A stretch of DNA of 64,000 nucleotides from an uncultured Heliobacteriaceae bacterium (lineage in GTDB: Bacteria > Acidobacteriota > Blastocatellia > RBC074): contig CAYXVZ010000012.1 of assembly GCA_964468345.1 (NCBI GenBank), forward strand, positions 10,122-74,121. Reading direction: 5' to 3'. The number at the start of each line of letters is the position of its first letter. Within the stretch, counting starts at the first letter, position 1. Below are positions 38,019 to 47,184 of this stretch, one piece after another. The notes below the pieces were generated by a model. The model was not told where the DNA came from, ran no database searches, and saw only the letters and a list, made by a program, of their open reading frames with translations. The translations under genes were made by a program, and so were the position numbers.

Positions 38019-39776
38019 ATGTCGTTTACACCGAACTTTCAAAACCTCAGTCAACGGAAAAAGAAAATTTCGGGCCTGAAGCACGCAGCGGTTTTGCGGG
38101 CGGAGGCCAACAACTTCAAACCGATGCGCATGCAACCGACCCTGATCGACGGAGTGATCGAGGGCGGCGGGGCACTGGGCGCTGCCTATGCCGGCGCCTT
38201 GCGCGCTTTGCACGACAACAATATTTGGTTTGCCCGGGTGGCTGGTACATCCGCGGGGGCGATTACAGCCGCCATGATTGCGGTCGGTTTCAATGCGGAG
38301 GAAATTCAGTGGTTGTGCGCAGCATACGATCCGCACGCGCCGGTGCCGAAGAGTTTGAAAGATCTCCACATTGAAGAGCCGATTGATTTCTCGAGCTTTC
38401 TTGATTTTCCAAAATTGGAGGATATCAGTCGCCCTGCCATGCGACGGACGGCCTTATGGAAAGCGCTTAAGGGCGTGATTCTCGATGAGATCGGCCGTAT
38501 TGATATACCAATCCCGACAAAGGATGAAGTGACCGACGATATCGTCCGCAGGCTGCAAGCAGCGTCTGGCCTGGGAGATTTTTCGAATTTGGGCGAAATG
38601 ATTCGGAAGGTCTTATCCATTCCACTGGCCCCCTTGCCCGAGGAGAAACCTCATGTTCGAGATTTCCTGCCCAACACGGAAGGGCTTCGAATTCAGTTTG
38701 CAGACACCATGTGGAAGGCGATCGCAGGCAATTTCCCTGCAGAGCTGATGATGACGAATCTGCTTCATGAGGGAGGCATTTTTGAAGGTCGGAAGTTCGT
38801 GGAGGTCATCACGAAATTGTTCGGGAGTAAGATTCACAGAAATCCTAAGGCGACTGTCTTATTCAAAGATCTGCCGATTCCATTGGCGGTCATTGCCTCG
38901 GATTTGAAACAGGGGCAAATGCGTGTTTACAGCGCGCAGACAGATCCGAATATGATTGTGGTGGAGGCGATTCGACAGTCGATGAGCATACCATTTTTCT
39001 TTCAGCCCTGGATGAACGGCCGTTTTGTGGATGGCGGGCTCTGCTCGAACTTTCCGGCTTGGCTTTACACCGACGCAGGAGAGGCATACTGGCCGCCGGC
39101 ACTACGTGATAGCGCCCGTCCGAAAGTCGGTTTCGTCCTCGGCGAGAATTTGGCGGCGAGACCGGAATGGAATGTAGAGCCGCCTCGGTTCGCCGTGACC
39201 GGCAATCCGCCGCGCGTCGATGATGAACTCGTCCTCAAACCTCTCCTTGCCGAGAAAATCAAAGAGCTTGGGCTGTTTGCGCCTGGTGAATGGTCGACAT
39301 CCAAGTTGGAAGAATTTTTTGACGATTATGCGGTCCTGAGAGAAATGGCGGGAGTCAACGGGCTGGACAAGGAGAATCTGACGAGATCCTTGATCATCGC
39401 GGGATTGATGAGTGGCAGAAACTATTATGACGTCGTCATCCCGTTGCAGGGATATCACTGGCTCGATTTCAGCGTGAACAATGATGAGGACGATATGTGG
39501 GCGATGTGGGACCGCGCGTGGCATGCCACCTATCATGCTCTGGGAAGCTCCCAGGAAAATCGACCAGCACTGCTCCGCGCTACGATGATGCAAAACAGTC
39601 CGTATAAGGCAGGCCGATTGTGGCTGCCTGGAGTTTCAATCTCGGAGGGAATTCACACTGTCCTGAGCCCGATATCTACGAAATCGGGCTCAGGAAGCAT
39701 CGTTTTTTCCGCCGCTCAATTCGCGAAAGAGCCAGGCCTGCGCCATGCTCCATTCGCGCAGGACGGTGCGCGGTGA
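38019..39776 (+). CDS. patatin-like phospholipase domain protein (585 aa; N-terminal PNPLA domain plus an unknown C-terminal domain of about 250 aa)
   Basis: Oxyanion motif GGGALGAAYAGAL, nucleophile motif GTSAG, catalytic Asp motif VDGGLCSNFP. No signal peptide. An alternative start is at 38124 (MRMQPTLIDGV). Confidence 0.8.
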   Translation: MSFTPNFQNLSQRKKKISGLKHAAVLRAEANNFKPMRMQPTLIDGVIEGGGALGAAYAGALRALHDNNIWFARVAGTSAGAITAAMIAVGFNAEEIQWLCAAYDPHAPVPKSLKDLHIEEPIDFSSFLDFPKLEDISRPAMRRTALWKALKGVILDEIGRIDIPIPTKDEVTDDIVRRLQAASGLGDFSNLGEMIRKVLSIPLAPLPEEKPHVRDFLPNTEGLRIQFADTMWKAIAGNFPAELMMTNLLHEGGIFEGRKFVEVITKLFGSKIHRNPKATVLFKDLPIPLAVIASDLKQGQMRVYSAQTDPNMIVVEAIRQSMSIPFFFQPWMNGRFVDGGLCSNFPAWLYTDAGEAYWPPALRDSARPKVGFVLGENLAARPEWNVEPPRFAVTGNPPRVDDELVLKPLLAEKIKELGLFAPGEWSTSKLEEFFDDYAVLREMAGVNGLDKENLTRSLIIAGLMSGRNYYDVVIPLQGYHWLDFSVNNDEDDMWAMWDRAWHATYHALGSSQENRPALLRATMMQNSPYKAGRLWLPGVSISEGIHTVLSPISTKSGSGSIVFSAAQFAKEPGLRHAPFAQDGAR

Positions 39777-40325
39777 GATTGCCAGCACTTCCGCCGTTTC
39801 TTCCACGGTCAGGCCGCCAAAATAGCGCAATTCAATGATGCGGCTTTTTCGTTCATCCAGTTGGGCAAGGCTGTCGAGCGCATCATCCAATGCGACCAGA
39901 TCGGCGCTGCGTTCATTGGATTCCCGTTCCGCTTCGACCAGCGAGACGCGCACGATTTCGCCGCCGCGCTTTTGCGCACGCTGCTGGCGGTACTCATCCA
40001 CCACGATGCGTCGCATGAGTTGTGCGGCAACCCCGAAAAAATGGGCGCGATTCTGCCAGCGAGCGCTTTTCCAATCGATCAAGCGTAAATAGGCCTCATT
40101 GATCAGGGCCGAGGTTTGCAGCAGATGGCCAGGACGTTGCCGGTTTAAATACCGGCGCGCGATCCGCTGCAATTCAACCTGCACGATGGGGACCAACTGG
40201 TCCAGCGCCTCCTGCCTGCCATCGCTCCAGGCTTCGAGCAACTGGGTGATTTCATGCTGTCTGGGTGATTCCATGGATTGAATTTTCATGAGCTGCTCAG
40301 GATCTTTCCGGGCTGCAACAACCAA
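39690..40325 (-). CDS. ECF-type RNA polymerase sigma factor with N-terminal extension (Sig70_X6-like)
   Basis: Region 2 LINEAYLRLIDW and region 4 ELRYFGGLTVEETAEVLAISPRTVLREW. N-terminal ITQLLEAWSDGRQEALDQLVP extension. The 3' end overlaps the patatin gene by 87 nt in convergent orientation. Confidence 0.8.
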   Translation of the reverse strand: MVVAARKDPEQLMKIQSMESPRQHEITQLLEAWSDGRQEALDQLVPIVQVELQRIARRYLNRQRPGHLLQTSALINEAYLRLIDWKSARWQNRAHFFGVAAQLMRRIVVDEYRQQRAQKRGGEIVRVSLVEAERESNERSADLVALDDALDSLAQLDERKSRIIELRYFGGLTVEETAEVLAISPRTVLREWSMAQAWLFRELSGGKNDAS

Positions 40326-40595
40326 TCACCACGGGTCAAAAAGGTATTGAAATCAGATCGGCGTTTGGGGAATTCGCGTGCAATGTAACACAGCGCGTCG
40401 AGGGCCATCATCTTTCGCTACGGGTTTCAAAAAAATTTTCTGTTCCCTGTCACTTTTGGCCGCCGGTTTCCGAATCCATGGAGTGAAGCCTTTCGTACCT
40501 TTCCTGCAGGCGTCGAAAGAGTGGAGTTGTTCACTGTGGTCTGCCGACATTGCTAGGTCAGGGCGTAAAATTTTCGAATACAAGGAGATAATTCC

Positions 40596-41018
40596 ATGCC
40601 AACGACACCAGAAGACTGCAAGGAGCTCGCCCGGCGCGGGTTCGAACTTTGGAACACCGGCAATCTCGCTCTCGCGGATGATCTGTATCCCGCGGAGTAC
40701 AAGCGCTACGATTTCGATACCCTGCACGAAGGTCGCGGGCCGGAATTCGTCAAAGGACTTCTCACGATGTATCGAACGGCTTTTCCGGACCTGCAACTGA
40801 CGATTGAGGAGATGATCGTTGCGGATGACATCGTGATTTCCCGCTGGCGGTCAACCGCCACGCATCAAGGCGAGTTTCAGGGACAGCCGCCCACAGGCAA
40901 GACGGCCACGGTCACCGGCGTCACGATCATGCGGATGGCGGACGGAAAGATTATCGAGGAATGCGTCTACATGGATTCCTTCAAGCTGATGCAGGTTGTC
41001 GGCGCCGTCCCGGCGTGA
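40596..41018 (+). CDS. SnoaL-like ester cyclase family protein
   Basis: 140-aa NTF2-like fold. KELARRGFELWNTGNLALADDLY...GQPPTGKTATVTGVTIMRMADGKIIEECVYMD is typical of ester cyclases. Confidence 0.65.
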   Translation: MPTTPEDCKELARRGFELWNTGNLALADDLYPAEYKRYDFDTLHEGRGPEFVKGLLTMYRTAFPDLQLTIEEMIVADDIVISRWRSTATHQGEFQGQPPTGKTATVTGVTIMRMADGKIIEECVYMDSFKLMQVVGAVPA

Positions 41019-41109
41019 GGCGCCCATTGGGAACCCCCGTTGCGCGGGGCGGATCTCACAGCACAGCGTATTTCTCGGATTAGATTGGTTTGCAATTGAG
41101 TGTATGGTC

Positions 41110-41192
41110 AGCCACGAATTCACACGAATAAGCACGAATGACGTTATGCCGGTTCTGCAGTTCATTTGTGTTCATTCGTGAATATTCGTGGC
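41110..41192. repeat. intergenic inverted repeat (GCCACGAATTCACACGAATAAGCACGAATGA ... TCATTCGTGAATATTCGTGGC)
   Basis: Palindrome with a loop of about 25 nt, between the ester cyclase stop and the kinase stop. Confidence 0.55.
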
Positions 41193-41261
41193 GAAACGGT
41201 CCCGTATTTTCCATACCCGCAAATAAACTTGGTTTACAGATGGCTATGCCCACGGGAGAAT

Positions 41262-44238
41262 TTAGTTCCGGACCTCCGCCAACAGAAGATCGCTTTTTAC
41301 CTGGGAATGCAGATAGGTGAGCCAGCGTCCATCGGGAGAGACGCTTAAGCCCCGCGAGCCCGCGCTGAAGGAGGAATTCAATTTCGCGACGGTTGAAATC
41401 CTGCCCGTTGCAAAGGGATAAAATTCGATCAGGGATTGGCTTGGCCCGACATTCGTGCCGAAAAAGATGCCGGTTTGGGTGACATCCCACATGGACCAGT
41501 ACCCGGCCTTATGCGTGTCGGTCAGAAGAGTTTCCGCGCCCGTGGTCAGGTCGATGCGCCAGAGGCCGGGAGTTTGCCTCTTCCTGACATACACCAGAAA
41601 TTTGCCATCCATGGCTTCGTGGGGCTCGATGCCGCCGTGCTTCGTGATTTGCACCGGCTCGCCGCCGCTCACCGGGACCTTGTAAATTTGCGACTCCCCG
41701 GTGCGGTCTGAACTGAAGTAAATCCAGTTGCCGTCTCGCGACCAACTGGGCGTTGAGTTATTGAAATTGTTTTGAACGAGCTTCCGTTGTTCGCCGGTTT
41801 CAAGGTGAAGTGCGAAAATGGCAGCCTTGCCGTCGAGATAGCGCGTAAAAGAAATCTGCTTTGAATCCGGCGACCAGTTTGGCCAGCCCGGCGAAAATTT
41901 CGGGTCGGAGATCAGTTGTCGCTGGTTTTGTCCATCGCTGTCGCACATCCATAACGTTTCGTTGCCGCTCAGCGCCGTTTGATACACCAGCTTTGTTCCG
42001 TCGGGCGAATAACGTTGATAAAACTCGATCTTGGTGGATCCGATTAACTTTTCGGGCGGCTGGTTGGTGACAGCAGTTCCTTTCAATCCCAGCCGCATTA
42101 CATCCACGTCATAATCGGCTTTGACATAGCACAGACGCCGGTTCTGGCGGTCATACACTCCTCCCATCAGGATGGCGTCGGGGCCCGTGAGCCGCTTGTA
42201 TTGCAATGTATTCACATCCATCTGAACAAGACCGATGGATGTGTCTTCACCCGGAGCCACGCCTGAGAAAAGTAATTCGTGATCATTTCCCAACCAGGCC
42301 AGGGAATTGATTCGTCGCATGTCTTTTGTTACTTGCCGGGCTTCTCCGCCTGCGACGGGAATCAACATAACTTCGCGACGGCTATCGGAAGCCGGCGGGT
42401 TCCTGACAAAGGCGATGGTTTTTGCATCGGGGGAAAATGCGGGCAGAAAATCACCCAGGCTTCCCGCCGCGGGGTTGGTTAATACCCGTCTTTCTCCCGT
42501 CGCCAGATTCAACAGGTTGATCCGGAGCGGCGACTGAGACGATTCACGATCTCCGAAAGCGAGCAGCGTCCCATCCGGCGACCAGGATAACTCCGAGCCG
42601 GCGATTCCCCCGGGTCGCTGCGGCGAAAGGCTGGTCAGCTTGCGCTCCGCACCTCCTCCCGTCGGAAGGACATAGATTCCGCCTTCGGATTGCGTGCGGC
42701 GAGTAAAGGCCAGACTGGCGCCGTCCGGAGACCAGGCCGGATCGTTGTCGTTTGCAGGATGGTTCGTCAGACGAAGCGTCCTTTCGCCATCGATCTCTTT
42801 GATATAGAGATCGAGATTTTCATTTTTCTCCCCTCCATAGGAGAAGGCGATTGATTTTCCATCGGGGGAAAACGCCGGCGTCGATTCCGCGCCGGAAAAT
42901 GTGGTCAGCGGATTGGGCTTGGTTATCGTCAATGGCGAAAAGGCCGGCAGTGCGGGGCGCGACTTCATTCGATAAATGGCATATCCACCGCCCGCCAGGC
43001 CAAGGCTGATCGCGGCAAGCAGGGCCGCCCGCAAATAGTTGCCGCGTTGGAAGAGTCTTTCGCCGCTCGCGGTATCCAGCGCAGCGCTGATTTCATTGGT
43101 CGATGATTCAGGCCGGAATGCCGACGTCGCGTCGCGCTGGTCATATGTCGGGGCGTCGGCCCGCAGCCGAAGTTGTTTCAGGTCGATCAGTACTTCTTGA
43201 ATGGTCTGATAGCGTTCCGCGCGATCTTTGTGCAACGCTTTCTGCACCACCCTTTGCCATTCCGCCGAGGCAAGTGTCATTGGTTCAGGCTCGCGATTCA
43301 GGATGGCGCCGATCACCTCGAAGATTGTGGCGCCCGGAAACGGTTTGCGCCCTTCCAGCATTTCATACAGCACGATGCCCAGGCTGAAGATGTCCGTCCG
43401 CGCATCGACTTTTTCGCCGCGCGATTGCTCCGGCGACATGTAACTGGCCGTCCCGATCACCATGCCGGAATGCGTCAGGCTGGATTGTGCGCCATTGACG
43501 AGATCTACATCGAGTTGCGCCAGCCCGAAATCGAGCACTTTTACATAACCGTCCCGCCGGATCATGAGGTTTTCGGTCTTGATGTCTCGGTGAATGATGC
43601 CGGCTTCGTGCGCGACGGCCAATGCCTGGCAAACCTGGATGGCAATATCGGCGGCCTCGGCCGATGACATCGGAGGGCCTTCGCGCAATCGGCTGTGCAG
43701 CGTTTGGCCGTCGACATATTCGGTCGCCATAAAATAGTCGGCTCCAGCGTGTCCATGATCGAATAGTGTGATGATATTGGGATGATTGAGCGCCGAAATC
43801 GCAACGGCTTCCTGCGCAAAGCGTCGCACACGCGCCGCGTCGTCGGCAAATGACGCGGGCAGAAGTTTCAACGCCACCTTGCGATGCAATCGCGTGTCTT
43901 CCGCCAGCCAGACCTCTCCCATGCCGCCTTTGCCGAGCAATGAGACTACAAGGTACTGATTGACTTCGCGCGGCATTGCCATCGCCGGCGCCATGGATTG
44001 GCCTTCATGCAGCGTTTGATCGTCCTGAGCGGCCAGTCCCAGCGCATGATCTTCCAACGCAAATCCGGCGATAAAGCTGCCTGCTTCCGCATGCGCAGCC
44101 AACAGCGACTGGACTTCGTGCCGCAGCTTTACATCTGTGCCGCAGACCTCGGTCAGGAAAACTTCGCGCTCCGGCGCATTCAGTTCCAACGCGCGGTAAT
44201 AGAGCTGCTCGATTTGGCGGAAACGTTCAGCGTTCATT
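41262..44238 (-). CDS. Ser/Thr protein kinase fused to a TolB-like (PD40/WD40-like) beta-propeller
   Basis: Start at MNAERFRQIEQLYYRALEL. Kinase motifs HRDIKTENLMI and DFGLA. TM helix, then repeated SPDGKSIAF/WSPDGASLAF/FSPDAKTIAF propeller blades. Confidence 0.8.
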
Positions 44239-44613
44239 CGTGCTCCAGGCTGCGAGCAAGTGCATGATTTAGGGCTTTGCGGGCGGTCCCATGGCAGTTG
44301 GTCCCCGAAACGTCGACTTTGGAATTGCGGGCGGAATGTAGCACGAGGCCATTCAGCACCGATAGCGGAGAAATACATAGCAAGAAAATAATTTCTTCCG
44401 GGTGTCATTTTCCGGGTGGGGATTTTCGAATGTATTGATAGGAACCGGCGGCGCGAAGTGGTGTGATGGGGCGGGAGCAATGGGTGGTGTCGGCAGTCCC
44501 AGGGTTCAGAAAAAATTCAAGGAAAATTCAATCCGGGTTCAGGATTTGAATCGTAGAGCTGCTCTATAAAATAACTTCAAATCCGTGGACATAACATTGA
44601 AAAGGCAAGGACT

Positions 44614-46044
44614 ATGATAAAACCGCATAAAATCGTGCTTATTCTGGCATCGGCCATTGCAGCCTGGGACGGTGCCCATTTGATTCCCTCAGGGTATGCA
44701 AACGGCCCTGCCGAGATGACTTTCAATAAAGACGTAGCGCCGATTCTGTTCAAAAGCTGCGCCGAATGCCATCGTCCCGGCGAAGCCGCGCCCTTCTCTG
44801 TGTTGAGCTACAAAGACACGCGTCCATGGGCGCGATCGATTCGCGAGAAGGTCGTCGATCGTTCGATGCCGCCGTGGCACGCCGATCCGCACGTCGGCGC
44901 GTGGGCCAATGATCGAAGATTATCGCAGAAGGAAATCGACACGATCACGGCCTGGGTCGAGCAGGGCGCGAAAGAGGGCGACGCGAAGGACCTGCCGCCC
45001 GCGCTGCAGTTCGCTGAGGGCTGGACCATCGGCAAACCGGATCTCGTGATTCCGATGCCCGAAGCCTTTACCCTCGAACCGAGCGGCCCGGATGAGTATC
45101 AATACTTCGAAGTCGATCCCGGTTTCAAACACGATGTATTCATTCAACGCGCCGAAGCGCGGCCCGACAATCGCCGCATCGTTCATCACATCATCGCTTT
45201 CATCAAGCCGCCGATGCCGGCCGATGGTCCCGAGCCCTCGCCAGAGCCCTCGAAAGAAGAAATGGAAAAACAGCGCGCCGCGGCCGAGCGCGAATCCACG
45301 CTTTATCAGGAAGGATTCCTGCTGCGAACCAAGGCGGATGTGCCCGTGCACGATCAGGGCTGCGATTTGCCGAATGGAGGCACGGGACAGAACCGCAGCG
45401 GCAAAGAAGACGCCTTTGGCGACATGAGCTGGCTGGCGGCCTATGCGCCCGGCACGCCGCCGATTTCGCTGCCGGCCAATACCGCGATTCGCGTGCCGGC
45501 CGGCGCGAAGATCGTCTTTCAAATGCACTATTCCAAAGTCGCGGGCAGCGTGCAGAAAGATCGTTCCTCGGTCGGTTTGATCTTCGCCAAACAGCCGCCC
45601 GAGAAAGAGCTCTTCGTTCGTGCCGTGTCGAATACCTATTTCCGCATTCCGGCCGGCGCGGCGAATCATCGCGTCACGGCCTGCTGGACGGTGCCCGAAG
45701 ACATCCGCGTGCAATCCTTCGGTCCGCATATGCACTTCCGCGGCAAGGCACAGCGCATCGAGGCTTTTTATCCCGATGGGCGGCGCGAAATGTTGCTCGA
45801 TGTTCCGAACTACGATTTCGCGTGGCAGACTTTTTACGAACCGAAACGATGGATCGCTTTGCCCAAGGGAACGCGCCTCCTCGTGACATCCATCTTTGAC
45901 AACTCGGCGAAGAACCGCTTCAACCCCAATCCAGCCGCCGCCGTTCGCTGGGGCGACCCCACCGCGGATGAAATGATGATCGCTTTCGTCAGCTATACCA
46001 AAGACGCGCAGCGCCTCAGAGACGCCGCAGGCCTCCTGAAATAA
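44614..46044 (+). CDS. periplasmic copper type II ascorbate-dependent monooxygenase-like protein (PHM/DBH-like) with N-terminal CxxCH motif
   Basis: Signal peptide and CAECH. His/Met ligand pattern HHIIAF ... QMHYSK ... GPHMHFRG ... DEMMIAF matches the CuH (HH..H) and CuM (HxH..M) sites of PHM/DBH. Confidence 0.5.
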   Translation: MIKPHKIVLILASAIAAWDGAHLIPSGYANGPAEMTFNKDVAPILFKSCAECHRPGEAAPFSVLSYKDTRPWARSIREKVVDRSMPPWHADPHVGAWANDRRLSQKEIDTITAWVEQGAKEGDAKDLPPALQFAEGWTIGKPDLVIPMPEAFTLEPSGPDEYQYFEVDPGFKHDVFIQRAEARPDNRRIVHHIIAFIKPPMPADGPEPSPEPSKEEMEKQRAAAERESTLYQEGFLLRTKADVPVHDQGCDLPNGGTGQNRSGKEDAFGDMSWLAAYAPGTPPISLPANTAIRVPAGAKIVFQMHYSKVAGSVQKDRSSVGLIFAKQPPEKELFVRAVSNTYFRIPAGAANHRVTACWTVPEDIRVQSFGPHMHFRGKAQRIEAFYPDGRREMLLDVPNYDFAWQTFYEPKRWIALPKGTRLLVTSIFDNSAKNRFNPNPAAAVRWGDPTADEMMIAFVSYTKDAQRLRDAAGLLK

Positions 46045-46209
46045 AGCCTGCTGCATTTGCAAAGGCCGCAGATGAACACAGAAAAACGCGGATCTGCGTT
46101 TCTCTGCGCTCATCTGCGGCTTTGCTTTTGGTTGGGGGAAAAGTCGGATGGAAAAGAGAAATGCAGATGAGATGAACGCAAATTGGCGGCCCTCTGCGTT
46201 CATCCGCGG

Positions 46210-47157
46210 CTATTTCTTCAATGAAGCGCTCGAGCGAACGGCGAATTTCTGCACGCGCCAGTTTTTGATTTCCGCGGCATACAGCGCGCCGGTGGAATCC
46301 AGGGCGAGGTGGTGCACGAAGTCGAGTTTGCCCGGAATTTTGCCGTAGCCGCCGAGCGTGCCCAGGATCTTTCCGTCCATGGAGAGTTTGACGATGCGGT
46401 TGTTCAGGCCGTCGCACATATAGAGGCATTTCTCTTTGGCCGAATAAGCCAGGCCCCAGGGCGCGCCGAGGCCGGTCCATTTGCCGAGGAATTTGCCGTC
46501 TTTATCGAAGATCTGAATGCGTTCATTCGTTCGATCCGCAACATAGACGCGCTCGTCGGAATCGAGGCAGACATCGTGCACGAGATTGAATTCGCCGTCG
46601 CCCGTGCCTTTGCGGCCCCAGTGCGCGATGTACTCGCCGTCCTTATTGAATTTGATCACGCGCGCATTCTTATAGCCGTCGGACACGAACAGATCGCCGT
46701 TCTTGCCGAAGGCGATCGCCGTCGGTTCGTTGAAGGCGTCCTTGCTGTCGTTGTCGCCCGCGATGCCCTGGCGATTGCCGAGGACCATCAGCACGCGGCC
46801 TTCGGGCGTGCATTTGATCAGGACGTGGCCTTTGACATCGATCAGCCAGAGATTGCCGTCGGGATCGACGCGGATGCCATGTGAGGAAATGATCTTGATA
46901 TCGGGCCAGGCTTGCAGGAATTTGCCGTCGCGGTCGAATTGCATCACCGGATGCGCGCCGCGATTGAAGACCCAGACGTTATCCATCTTGTCCGTGGCCA
47001 CGCCGGAGACCTCGCCGAAATTCCAGCCTTTCGGCAGCTTCGCCCAATCCGCCACGACCTGATGCGGCAGGGCGGGGCCGGATTGCAACTGCGCGAACAC
47101 GGAGGGAAGAAACAAAATCGCGAGGAGCAGAGAGAGCGAGAAAATTTTCATGCGCAT
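46210..47157 (-). CDS. secreted NHL-repeat six-bladed beta-propeller protein (peptidyl-alpha-hydroxyglycine alpha-amidating lyase-like)
   Basis: Signal peptide MRMKIFSLSLLLAILFLPSVFAQ. Repeated NHL blades (VWVFNRG, LFVSDGYKNARVIKF, VYVADRTNERIQIF, LYMCDGLNNRIVKL, ALYAAEIKNWRVQKF). Confidence 0.65.
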   Translation of the reverse strand: MRMKIFSLSLLLAILFLPSVFAQLQSGPALPHQVVADWAKLPKGWNFGEVSGVATDKMDNVWVFNRGAHPVMQFDRDGKFLQAWPDIKIISSHGIRVDPDGNLWLIDVKGHVLIKCTPEGRVLMVLGNRQGIAGDNDSKDAFNEPTAIAFGKNGDLFVSDGYKNARVIKFNKDGEYIAHWGRKGTGDGEFNLVHDVCLDSDERVYVADRTNERIQIFDKDGKFLGKWTGLGAPWGLAYSAKEKCLYMCDGLNNRIVKLSMDGKILGTLGGYGKIPGKLDFVHHLALDSTGALYAAEIKNWRVQKFAVRSSASLKK

Positions 47158-47184
47158 CGGGGCCTCCACATTTTTAGGCAGCAT

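Noticed and set aside
40353-40796. 147-aa minus-strand ORF between the ECF sigma and ester cyclase genes
   Set aside because: It overlaps the well-supported SnoaL-like ester cyclase gene on the opposite strand and has no features. It is probably spurious.
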